Notes: generated from the letters alone by a model not told the origin. 64,000 nucleotides of DNA from IMGVR_UViG_3300036766_000194:1-64000; one strand, 5' to 3'. Shown: positions 34,016-42,470, counted from the stretch's first letter. Translations and numbers: made by a program.

Positions 34016-35032
34016 ATGACCTCTAATACGAATTCAAAAGTTGTAAAACTTCCTCATATAAATGTAAATTTTACCTTCATTTCCGATTCTCATCTTTCTG
34101 CTGTACCTCCAGGTACAAGAAGAAGAGATGATTATGCTACTGCCATTCTTAATAAATTTGAATTTGTTAGAGAATTAACCGAAAAAATTCAAGGCGTGTG
34201 CTTACATGGAGGTGATTTTTGGCATATAAAAACTCCTCGTTCCCCAGCCAATAATCTTTCCATAATTTGTCGTGCTATCCGTTGCCTATCAAAATTTCCT
34301 ACCGGATGTATCTATACCACCCCCGGAAATCACGATTTGAGTCATGATTCTTTAGGGAGTTTGCCCCATCAACCCTTAGGAATACTAATGGCTGCTGGTG
34401 TTTGTCACGATTTATCAGTTACGTCCGTAATCTTTGAAAACAGTGATGGTTCCGTCCGTGTTCAAGTGGAGGCTTTTTCTTATGCAGACGAATCTGTCAC
34501 CATGGCCCGATTACTTGCCAGTGGTCCTCGTATCCCCGGATGTTACCGGGTGGGTATTGTTCACTCCTACGGATCTCCCAAATCTCACAGTCTCTGGGGA
34601 ATTGACACCCTCGGATACGATCAACTCATGGACTTGGACTACGACTTTTTACTTTGGGGACACGACCATTCAAGAGAAGAAACCATAACTGTAGGAAATG
34701 TGACTCATGTGCGATTGGGATCACTTTCTAGGGCATCCCTATCTACCGATGAAGTAGACCGCCCGGTTAGCGCCGCTGTGATCTCATTCACGACAGAAGG
34801 CATCAAGTACCAGGAGCGTCGCATCCCGGTTAAGCCTCTGGAATTGGCGTTTGTTACAGCCGATCATAACCTCGCCAACGTTGCCAAACTAGATGAAATC
34901 ACGACATTCTTTTCAGACATGGATCAGGCCGTCTCCGGAATTGAGAGTACGGACCCAAGAAATATCATTCAGTCCTTGACCGCAGAAGACCCCGCACTAA
35001 CGCAGATGATATTTGAATTATGCGAACTGTAA
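34016..35032 (+). CDS. Mre11/SbcD-like DNA repair exonuclease
   Basis: ISDSH, HGGDFWH, PGNHD, GIVH, WGHDH, GSLSR. Confidence 0.85.
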   Translation: MTSNTNSKVVKLPHINVNFTFISDSHLSAVPPGTRRRDDYATAILNKFEFVRELTEKIQGVCLHGGDFWHIKTPRSPANNLSIICRAIRCLSKFPTGCIYTTPGNHDLSHDSLGSLPHQPLGILMAAGVCHDLSVTSVIFENSDGSVRVQVEAFSYADESVTMARLLASGPRIPGCYRVGIVHSYGSPKSHSLWGIDTLGYDQLMDLDYDFLLWGHDHSREETITVGNVTHVRLGSLSRASLSTDEVDRPVSAAVISFTTEGIKYQERRIPVKPLELAFVTADHNLANVAKLDEITTFFSDMDQAVSGIESTDPRNIIQSLTAEDPALTQMIFELCEL

Positions 35033-35191
35033 TACGGATGTCCTTACAGATCAATATCTTATCTATGTTTTGCGCGATCCCAGAACTGGAGAGCCGCGCT
35101 ATGTCGGTCAGAGTTCGCGAGGATTAGAACGACCTCAAGAGCATCGATTTTGAGGAGCGTGAATCAACATCTGAATAACTGGAGAAGGATT

Positions 35192-35785
35192 ATGAAGAAC
35201 ATCTGGTTCAATAGCGATCTTCATCTGTCACATGCTAATATCATAAAGTATTGCAAGCGTCCCTTTGTGCGCACTGAATTCCCCGAAGACGATAAGCGTC
35301 ATTGGGATTACGAAACCATGGATGAGACTCTAGTAAAGAATCACAATGAACTTGTCGGATCTGATGATGATGTTTACAATCTTGGCGACCTGACTTTCGG
35401 TCGTGATGCGAACGTTGATCGTGCACGTCAACTGCTACGCCGCATGAACGGTAGGCACCATTTCATCTTTGGCAATCATGATAAAATAGCCACCCAACTT
35501 TCAGACATGTTTGTGTGGATGAAACACTATCATGAGTTCAAACAAGGTGAAATCACCATAATCCTCTTTCATTATGCCCTCCGGACATGGAATCATCAAT
35601 TCAAAGGTTCCATGCATCTCTATGGTCATAGTCACGGCACCCTACCCGAGGACAAGTCTCTGTCCTTTGACGTCGGTGTTGATACTCATGATTTTCGTCC
35701 TTATCACTTAGATGACATTATTAAGAAGATGGAGCGTAAACGTCGTGACAACTCAACCGGATTACCACCAGGCGACAGCAAGTAA
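35192..35785 (+). CDS. Calcineurin-like metallophosphoesterase
   Basis: FNSDLHLSH, NLGD, FGNHD, HYA, YGHSH, DVGVD. Confidence 0.9.
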   Translation: MKNIWFNSDLHLSHANIIKYCKRPFVRTEFPEDDKRHWDYETMDETLVKNHNELVGSDDDVYNLGDLTFGRDANVDRARQLLRRMNGRHHFIFGNHDKIATQLSDMFVWMKHYHEFKQGEITIILFHYALRTWNHQFKGSMHLYGHSHGTLPEDKSLSFDVGVDTHDFRPYHLDDIIKKMERKRRDNSTGLPPGDSK

Positions 35786-36710
35786 ATTCGCCGAACAAAT
35801 CAATTCAACATTCTCGACCGAAGAGAGTCTAAAGACTCTCTTCGAATCGTATTTCCCAGGACTTCCATTTGATCGGACAGATCATTGGAACGGTATTTTA
35901 AACCGTGAGATCACTAAGGCATGGCAAGAAGCCGGACCCGCCGTCAAGACTAATCCCACCATGACGGACATTCTTAAGATCTTAAAAGCATTACATCCTT
36001 TGCTTGATTACAATCTCTACACCCAAGTAGCCCTAAATTTGCAGAGTTTCACTGGGTTTGCTTATCAATCTGGCGACGCAACTAAGGAACTGGAACATTT
36101 ACGCCATAAATGGGTAGACCGGACTCTCAGTAGCAGTTATATCCAAGACCCTTTCGAACCCAAAGCCAAGATGATGAAGGAAGCCAACACAGATTTAGAC
36201 TTTGAATATAATTCTGATCTATCTGCTATTAAGGCGCTGCGAATTATTGCTAACTTCGGTCCCTTGTCTAGCTTTCGTGTATCTCCCAAGGGCAGCACTC
36301 CGGCATTTGCCGACAGTAAGAACATTTCTATGATTGGGATTGGTGGAGATCGTTTTATCAAAACTTTGCCTAACTTGAAAGTTCACTACATCACCTGGGA
36401 GTCCGCTCCTAACATTCTCACCCTACAACCCGACGGATCTTTCAGTGCTCAGAATATACCTTACAATTTTGTTTCAAAAAGCGGGGGACAAATTCTTAAC
36501 GAGGTTCTTTTTTCTCGTTGGTTGGCGTACAGGGTTTATGGAGTTGTGGATATGGTACAGAAACCCCTCACCGTTATTCCACGTATGAACAGTGTTATGA
36601 TTGTGTCTACTCATGTCCCTGAAGTAGAAGAATTCGTTAAAGATTTAAGAGCTTCTCAAAGAATATTTTTACACGAAGGAGCGCGTCCCGCGAATGCTAT
36701 ACTTTCCTAG
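35745..36710 (+). CDS. Hypothetical protein
   Basis: Long ORF. GTG start after ggag. Confidence 0.7.
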   Translation: MTTQPDYHQATASKFAEQINSTFSTEESLKTLFESYFPGLPFDRTDHWNGILNREITKAWQEAGPAVKTNPTMTDILKILKALHPLLDYNLYTQVALNLQSFTGFAYQSGDATKELEHLRHKWVDRTLSSSYIQDPFEPKAKMMKEANTDLDFEYNSDLSAIKALRIIANFGPLSSFRVSPKGSTPAFADSKNISMIGIGGDRFIKTLPNLKVHYITWESAPNILTLQPDGSFSAQNIPYNFVSKSGGQILNEVLFSRWLAYRVYGVVDMVQKPLTVIPRMNSVMIVSTHVPEVEEFVKDLRASQRIFLHEGARPANAILS

Positions 36711-37122
36711 CCGTGAATCTTGGACCACCTTCACTGTGTTTGACTGTCCTGAGGGAGATTACCTTGGAGGTCATGCTGTTGTGAGTAAGGGTAGGAATCA
36801 TTCTCCTCTTTCAGTAACTTATGGTTGGGCAGAGGACAAGGAATGTTACCTATTCGAAATTGCGTTAATATCCACTTCATCCCTCATATCTATAGCAGAG
36901 CATCCTGCCGAAGTTGCTCATGCTAAGGATGAACAAGAAGCCGTGAATATTGCTAACGATACGTCTGGTGGAGAAGCTGATATTGTAGGTGACGTTGCTC
37001 AAGGAGTGTTTGGAGTGAACGTGGTGTTATTAGACTATGGGGCGATGATAAATGTTGGGTTAGACCAACACGAAGATGCTATCGCTTGGTTAACCAGACG
37101 AATTAAAGAGTTGGTACAATGA
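36694..37122 (+). CDS. Hypothetical acidic protein
   Basis: Overlaps the upstream stop. Confidence 0.65.
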   Translation: MLYFPSRESWTTFTVFDCPEGDYLGGHAVVSKGRNHSPLSVTYGWAEDKECYLFEIALISTSSLISIAEHPAEVAHAKDEQEAVNIANDTSGGEADIVGDVAQGVFGVNVVLLDYGAMINVGLDQHEDAIAWLTRRIKELVQ

Positions 37123-37303
37123 GCATAATTCTTAAATTGTTGCTTTGGAATCGTGATAGAGATTTCCTAGGGAAACAGGCGACGGATCGTGCCCACCAGG
37201 TCCACATGGAGAAGGGGAAATAGTAGCGTATTGTGACTCTCCACAAGTTTGTATTAAACGATCAGATGGAACCACATTTTGGTGGAGAGCGGACCTTATA
37301 GAA

Positions 37304-37828
37304 CTAGTAACTTTGAATCAAAACAGTAACCAAGTTTGAAGTCACTAAAAATTGAATCTGGTTAAGGGTTTGGGTATAAAAGGAACTAGGAGTAATTGCT
37401 ATTTGAGCATGATCTGCGGTAGGAATTACATAACTTACAATGTCCGCTTTTCTTCCTAAGGAGTCCGGAGCAGAATAGATGGTAACGGTAGAATTTGTGT
37501 ATACCCCCCAGAAAGTTGTAGCAGAAGCAGGAGTCTGATTAAGGTTGGTCCCTGCGTTTGCTAATGCGATGTAAGTTGTAGTTACGGCAGGAGATCCAGC
37601 AGTTACGTTTACAACCCGACCTTGAGTGTACACTGTAGAGGAACTCCAAACAGAAGCGGCTGAAGTAGGGGAACAACTAAAAGTAATCAGGTCTCTACCA
37701 GAAGCAACAAAGTAGTTTCCATTGATAGGATCAACGGTTGAGAATGCAAGATTTAGAGACGTTCCCGTAGCTGGTCCCGAAGCTAATATAGAGCTAAGGG
37801 GTACGCTAGTTAAGAGTGTGTATGCCAT
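37304..37828 (-). CDS. Putative virion structural protein
   Basis: Ser/Thr-rich, WSSSTVYTQG..V...N..QTP...TFW motif. Confidence 0.6.
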   Translation of the reverse strand: MAYTLLTSVPLSSILASGPATGTSLNLAFSTVDPINGNYFVASGRDLITFSCSPTSAASVWSSSTVYTQGRVVNVTAGSPAVTTTYIALANAGTNLNQTPASATTFWGVYTNSTVTIYSAPDSLGRKADIVSYVIPTADHAQIAITPSSFYTQTLNQIQFLVTSNLVTVLIQSY

Positions 37829-37908
37829 GAAGTTTCCTCTTAATGGATCTTATAGTTTAGAAAATTTGACTTTCCGTCTGGTATTGCTACTGTTTGTATG
37901 CTCAGGGC

Positions 37909-38481
37909 TTACGGCGTAATAAGGTGGTACCACAAGGTAACTTTGACGCTTCCATCGCCGAGAGTAAAGTTCCCGTTGGAGGCGACAATGAAAACTCCTG
38001 CCCCAATGGTTGCGGCGTTGTACATCACGTTTCCCGAGGCTTGATTGTTGTTTGGGGAACCGAACCCAATGCTGCCCCCCGTGTTCACGGTCAAGTCAAT
38101 TGAGGCTTCGGCGTATGGACCAAAAGTAGCAGCGTTGTCCGTCTCGATTCCAAAAAACTGGCGTGCAGATGCACTTGCTGACGGAGTCGTATCGTATTGC
38201 AGGTTGAGTGTGTTGCCAGTGGCATTGCCGAAAGCGATGGGTCCGGGTCCAAGTTTGTACTGAGCGAGGCATCTCTCAACGAGGTAAAATTGTCCGGGAA
38301 CGGGCGGGAGACATTGCACAGACGTAGACAATGTTTTGAGTTGTGCCGATGACAAAGTCACGGAGATAGCAATTCCTCCTCCCGCATTATCAAGGATTTG
38401 TAGATTCTTGTTATCATCTAGATGTTCATCATCATTGTAAGCCGATAAAATCAGTCCAAGATTTTTTGTTGTATCAGGCAT
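37909..38481 (-). CDS. Putative virion/fibre protein
   Basis: MPDTTKNLGL...N.QILDNA start resembles fibre N-termini. Confidence 0.6.
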   Translation of the reverse strand: MPDTTKNLGLILSAYNDDEHLDDNKNLQILDNAGGGIAISVTLSSAQLKTLSTSVQCLPPVPGQFYLVERCLAQYKLGPGPIAFGNATGNTLNLQYDTTPSASASARQFFGIETDNAATFGPYAEASIDLTVNTGGSIGFGSPNNNQASGNVMYNAATIGAGVFIVASNGNFTLGDGSVKVTLWYHLITP

Positions 38482-38553
38482 ATAGTGTTCCTACCAAGAA
38501 GGAAATAGTTAGAATTTTAGCTAAAAATGTAGACTATCCAGTATAGTATAGAT

Positions 38554-38616
38554 ATGAGATACATGCGACCAAATTCGCCGTGCCCCAGTTTGCTGGGCAT
38601 CTATACCACCGATTAA
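38554..38616 (+). CDS. Putative leaderless 20-aa leader peptide ahead of the tRNA-Pro cluster
   Basis: ATG 14 nt after AGTATAGT. MRYMRPNSPCPSLLGIYTTD. Confidence 0.3.
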   Translation: MRYMRPNSPCPSLLGIYTTD

Positions 38617-38702
38617 CGCGGTATAGACACCCAGCGAGCCATCGTTTGGGTGTGTAGAAGTTCTTTCCGAGTAATAACCCCATACGATAATTAAGCGTCA
38701 CA

Positions 38703-38776
38703 CGGAGTGTACGTGGACGGACGACGGCAGGCGTCGGAAGCCTGAGCACCCGGTTCAATTCCGGGCACTCCGACCA
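38703..38776 (+). tRNA. tRNA-Pro(CGG)
   Basis: cggagtg/cactccg acceptor, caggc-gtcggaa-gcctg arm, CCA. Confidence 0.88.
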
Positions 38777-38782
38777 ATTTTT

Positions 38783-38861
38783 CGGGAAGTAGCGCAGCCT
38801 GGTCCAACGCGCCTGCTTTGGAAGCAGGAGGTCGTGGGTTCAAATCCCACCTTCCCGACCA
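38783..38861 (+). tRNA. tRNA-Pro(TGG)
   Basis: cctgc-tttggaa-gcagg arm, CCA. Confidence 0.95.
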
Positions 38862-38875
38862 AGTTTTTAGTTTTA

Positions 38876-38949
38876 CGGGGACAAGTGTTAAGGCCGCATA
38901 TATGCTTTGGGAGCATAGGGTCGGAGTTCAATTCTCCGGTCCCCGACCA
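38876..38949 (+). tRNA. tRNA-Pro(TGG), second divergent copy
   Basis: tatgc-tttggga-gcata arm, CCA. Confidence 0.88.
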
Positions 38950-39327
38950 GGAGCCGGAAGCCGTTGAAGAGTAAGCCTTGTAGAAGGCAACGGCAGGCTC
39001 CTCGTAATTTCTGTAGGGAGCAGCCGCCGTAAGGCGGAGGACGAGGCTGCAGTTGAAAGAGCCGTGGGGAAAGAGTGCCATTATCCTAACCCGTAAGGGA
39101 AGGACCTAAGTCCTGAGGGGAGCGTGGGTGAAACGCCTCCTGCTCACAGATTTTCGTTGTGGAAGATGCAGACCCCAACTTAATGGGGAGTCGGATTCGC
39201 ACAAGGAAAGATTCGGTCTAGTAGCCAAGTCTAACCGACCCAGGCGGATTTGCCGATAAACGGAGGAGCAGCTTTCCTGGAGCCTAGTGTTCCGTTGGAA
39301 GGTAAGACTTCACCGAACGCAACGGAA
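38950..39327 (+). ncRNA. Unassigned ~380-nt multi-domain structured RNA
   Basis: Consecutive closed domains: ggagcc/ggctcc, gcagcc/ggctgc, ttgtg/cacaa, ggaaag/ctttcc, ttccgttg/caacggaa. GNRA loops. Confidence 0.6.
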
Positions 39328-39331
39328 GTTT

Positions 39332-39409
39332 CGGGGACGTAGCGAAGCCTGTTATCGCGCACCCTTGGGGTGGGTGAGATCGCTGGTTAAAATCCAGTCG
39401 TCCCGACCA
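39332..39409 (+). tRNA. tRNA-Pro(GGG)
   Basis: caccc-ttggggt-gggtg arm, T-loop TTAAAAT, CCA. Confidence 0.9.
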
Positions 39410-39418
39410 AACTTGTCT

Positions 39419-40021
39419 GTGATATATCAAGTTTACCCCAGTTTATGTGATTGTGGCCTAAACTGGGGTAAACTTCGTATAGCCTTTTATAAATACGATG
39501 GTAGCAATCTACGCTGGGAGTGGGCACCCAAACGTGGCTGGTACAAGTATGGTACCCGGACGCAACTTTTTAATGAGACTGATCCGTTGTTCGGTCAGGC
39601 TATTCCCATATTCCAAGATACCATGGGAGCGGAAATAGCTCGTCGTTGTAAGGATGCCGAACGCGGAGTACAGAGAATTATTGTTTATACGGAATTCTTT
39701 GGACCTTCTAGCTTCGCCGGAGAGCATGAATTGGCGGAACCAAAGAAATTGAAGTTGTTTGACATTAAGTTGTACAAACGTGGAATAATGTCTCCGCGAC
39801 AGTTCGTAAAAACTTTTGGAGATTTGCCTTATTCAGCGCAAGTGACTTATGAAGGCAACCTTAACAAGCAATTTATTGATGATGTTCGTAAGGGAGTCTA
39901 TCCCGTTTGGGAAGGAGTCGTAGCCAAGGGGGATGATTTTATAATAAAGATAAAAACGGACATATACTTTAAAAAATTGAATGAAGTTTACGGAACCGAG
40001 TATAGGAACTATTGGGAATGA
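39419..40021 (+). CDS. ATP-dependent RNA ligase-like nucleotidyltransferase
   Basis: KYDGSN motif I, TEFFG, FDIK, EGVVAK, KIK. GTG start chosen so that YPS leads. Confidence 0.75.
   Translation: MIYQVYPSLCDCGLNWGKLRIAFYKYDGSNLRWEWAPKRGWYKYGTRTQLFNETDPLFGQAIPIFQDTMGAEIARRCKDAERGVQRIIVYTEFFGPSSFAGEHELAEPKKLKLFDIKLYKRGIMSPRQFVKTFGDLPYSAQVTYEGNLNKQFIDDVRKGVYPVWEGVVAKGDDFIIKIKTDIYFKKLNEVYGTEYRNYWE
39429..39475. repeat. 17-bp perfect inverted repeat at the start of the ligase gene
   Basis: aagtttaccccagttta / taaactggggtaaactt. Confidence 0.9.
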
Positions 40022-40081
40022 CTCAACGTGAGCGCATGAAGAATCGGTACCCTAAGAAGTTAGGCTTTGTAGTAAAGTAAT

Positions 40082-40158
40082 GGCTCTGTCGTATAATGGT
40101 CCAGTACGCCGCTCTCATAAAGCGGAGACGGTAGGTTCAATTCCTCCCAGAGCTACCA
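40082..40158 (+). tRNA. tRNA-Met or Ile2 (CAT)
   Basis: ccgct-ctcataa-agcgg arm, paired 1:72, CCA. Confidence 0.9.
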
Positions 40159-40177
40159 AAATTAAGTATCAAGTAGT

Positions 40178-40414
40178 ATGATCATAGAAGTGAAACCCTC
40201 TATAGGCCGTATCCCAGAATGGGGCGTCTTTATTGACGATGTTCTATTTGGGGTTAGTAAGCATAGTTGTGACGCGGATCTAGCTGCTTGGAAGTTACAG
40301 AGCATGTTTGCTGATGAGAAACCTGAAGTATTAAATCATCCTGAGAGAAGACAATTCCTTCTCCAGCAAATAGAAGAGATTAAAAAAGAAATAAAGAAAA
40401 CTACCCGAAAATAG
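40178..40414 (+). CDS. Hypothetical protein
   Basis: 78-aa ORF with no SD (probably leaderless). Confidence 0.6.
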   Translation: MIIEVKPSIGRIPEWGVFIDDVLFGVSKHSCDADLAAWKLQSMFADEKPEVLNHPERRQFLLQQIEEIKKEIKKTTRK

Positions 40415-40458
40415 AATTACAGGGTAGAATAAAAGAGCAGGAAAGAAGGAGAACATAG

Positions 40459-40611
40459 ATGCTCGTATTAAAAAGACCAATTAGGCCGTTGTGGCAGGCG
40501 CTGAGGTATCTAATTCCGCACCGTTTGACCATGTTTCATACGCCAACGATTTGGGCAATACTGTGGTGGAACTACTGGAATGAGCGAAAAGCTCTTTATC
40601 CACACAGTTAG
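40459..40611 (+). CDS. Small Trp-rich hypothetical protein (50 aa)
   Basis: RBS aaggag. Below the track cutoff. Confidence 0.5.
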   Translation: MLVLKRPIRPLWQALRYLIPHRLTMFHTPTIWAILWWNYWNERKALYPHS

Positions 40612-40655
40612 GGTTAGGGGAAGTTCAAGCTCAACTTGGACTTCCCGTATTAAAT

Positions 40656-40937
40656 TGCAGGGATAGGTATGGGGCGACAAAAGGGCAGCAAAACCATGCT
40701 GACTATAAATCGCCTGCCTTTTCGAGACGCCATAGCGCCTCGAAGGGAACCCAGCCTTTGATGGTTGGTCCTGCATGCGCACTTGAGCCGCTCTCCGGGA
40801 AGGCTCATGACGAAGAGAACTTCTTTCTTGAAGTTCTCTTCGACCCCGGTAAATTTTAAGGTGGCAGATCCGTCAAGATGTGAACGGCGACCGTTCCGGA
40901 TACTAATACCCAAAGGTCGAAAATCATGGGAGCCACC
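40656..40937 (+). ncRNA. Unassigned ~280-nt structured RNA
   Basis: tgcagg/cctgca, perfect 13-bp hairpin 40811-40842, ggtggc/gccacc. Preceded by CGTATTAA. Confidence 0.5.
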
Positions 40938-40944
40938 ATGAAAA

Positions 40945-41037
40945 TTGAACGTGCTGTGGTGTAATGGAGCACGCACGGTAGAATCCGTAATCCATCAGGG
41001 CTAAGAGGTCCCAGACGAGTCTGGGTAGCGCGTTCAA
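40945..41037 (+). ncRNA. tRNA-like RNA with an 11-bp closing stem
   Basis: ttgaacgtgct/agcgcgttcaa, D-arm-like gtggtgtaatggagcac, acgg/ccgt arm, cccaga/tctggg arm. Confidence 0.45.
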
Positions 41038-41067
41038 TACTTTTAAATAAAGAAATAGGAGACGACA

Positions 41068-41481
41068 GTGGCAAAAGCACAAAAATCGGCATTACCGAAG
41101 GGTGACAAGCCCGAGATTTCCAGAGAAGAGATGCTGCGTGTCGTCATTATGAACACGAAGCAGGGACTCTTTACCGGAAATGTTGACTATGTCAACGTTC
41201 TGGTGGAATCGTATGAAATGGAGAAGGATGCCGTCGCTACTCTTGCCCCGGCTTGTTCTGGACTGTTGAAGCGTGCCGAGACGGCGGAAGCAGAGGTTGC
41301 TTCTTTGAGGGAGGAAGTTCTCAACCTCCGTATGGAGGTCATGGGACTTCGGGCAGGTCTGAACAGCGGAATTGAAGCAGTCATGGAAAGGGTCGCTGCT
41401 CAAGAAGAGTCTCAGGACGGTATTGCAACTCCGGCTGGAGTAAGCGCATCGTTGAATGAGTGCGAAGCAACGGGATCTTGA
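41068..41481 (+). CDS. Coiled-coil hypothetical protein
   Basis: RBS aggag, GTG start. Confidence 0.7.
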   Translation: MAKAQKSALPKGDKPEISREEMLRVVIMNTKQGLFTGNVDYVNVLVESYEMEKDAVATLAPACSGLLKRAETAEAEVASLREEVLNLRMEVMGLRAGLNSGIEAVMERVAAQEESQDGIATPAGVSASLNECEATGS

Positions 41482-41517
41482 AAAGATTTGACTGAAAGTT
41501 ATTCAGTCTAAATGATT

Positions 41518-41891
41518 TGTGATGGACTGGACTGTCGCTGGCGACTGCTAGAATGAGTTGCGGGAGGAAGTTCGGGGCAGCATCAGAGCAACGTGCCAGG
41601 TAATAACTGGGCATCGGAGAAATCCGATGACGGAAAGTGGAACAGAAAATAACCGCCACGGCGCAAGCCGGGGTAAGGGTGCAAAGGTAGGGTAAGAGCC
41701 TACCAGCACGGCGGTAACGTCGTGGCTGCTAAACCCCACGTGCTGCAATGCCAAATAAGGATGGGATGATCTGCTCGATCGTTTTTCTCATCCGGGTAGG
41801 CAGCTTGAGATCATAGGTGACTATGATCCTAGACGAATGACAGTCACTCAGCATGGGCTGATGACAGAACCCCGGCTATAGGTTCATCACA
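41518..41891 (+). ncRNA. rnpB: RNase P RNA (bacterial type A-like)
   Basis: P1 tgtgatggac/gttcatcaca. P4 halves GAGGAAGTTCGGGG and ACAGAACCCCGGCTA. Also GAAAGTGGAACAGAAA, GGTAAGAGC, GCTAAACCC and AGACGAATG conserved segments. Confidence 0.93.
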
Positions 41892-41892
41892 A

Positions 41893-42036
41893 ATGAAAAA
41901 TAGTCACAAACGTGAGTCTAAACAATTGGGAATAAATGTCCAAACGGCAACCAATCGTTTGGTTAGAATGCTGCTGTTCAAATTCGCCCTCGAAACAAAG
42001 AGGGAGAATTGGAATAAATTCCCAACGATTTGCTGA
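41893..42036 (+). pseudogene. Truncated HNH endonuclease-type N-terminus
   Basis: SKQLGINVQTATNRLVRMLLFKF resembles the start of phage HNH genes. ORF stops at 47 aa before any HNH motif. Confidence 0.45.
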
Positions 42037-42188
42037 TTTCTCTAGGGTATTGAAGTAGAAGGCTGTGGTGCGTGGAGGAATTCCACGACGTTACTTACCA
42101 ACTCTCTGTAAACAGAGAAATTTGGGAGTGGCAGTGAATCACTTTTTACTTCAATGTTTTTAGTTTTAGCAGTATTAGTAGACTACAG

Positions 42189-42299
42189 CGCGGGGTGGAG
42201 CAGCCAGGTAGCTCGTTTGCCTCACGGAGAGGAATCCTAACGGGTTTCTCTTCGACCATAAGCAAAAGGTCGTCCGTTCAAATCGGACCCCCGCACCCA
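42189..42299 (+). tRNA. Initiator-type tRNA-fMet(CAT) interrupted by a 34-nt insert in the anticodon loop
   Basis: cgcggggtggagcagccaggtagctcg 5' half with C1:A72 mismatch. Removing 42223-42256 restores tttgc-ctcataa-gcaaa. CCA end. Confidence 0.9.
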
Positions 42300-42326
42300 G
42301 AATTACTAACGGGAGAAGTTTCCCAG

Positions 42327-42470
42327 TTATCCGTTCCGCTTAAACGGTTTGCAAGGGTGGGCAATCCACCCACGATTTTGTGGTGCTGAGACTCAGATCT
42401 ACACCTAATTGAGCAATCCCGAAAGGGTCGTTTGGAGAGACCGCTCTCCGTCGAGGCTCGAACGGGATAA
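42327..42470 (+). ncRNA. Unassigned ~145-nt multi-hairpin RNA upstream of the repeat protein
   Basis: ttatccgttc/gaacgggataa closing stem, gggtgg/ccaccc, ccc-GAAA-ggg, ggagag/ctctcc. Confidence 0.45.

Noticed and set aside
40650-40940. Group I intron (P/Q-like segments), and group II domain V at gagccgtg near 39059
   Set aside because: No P7/R-S pairing, no splice-site context, no domain V hairpin geometry.
40671-41040. tmRNA starting at ggggcgac
   Set aside because: No GGAUUCGAC D-loop mimic, no TTC T-arm with ACCA 3' end, no tag ORF.
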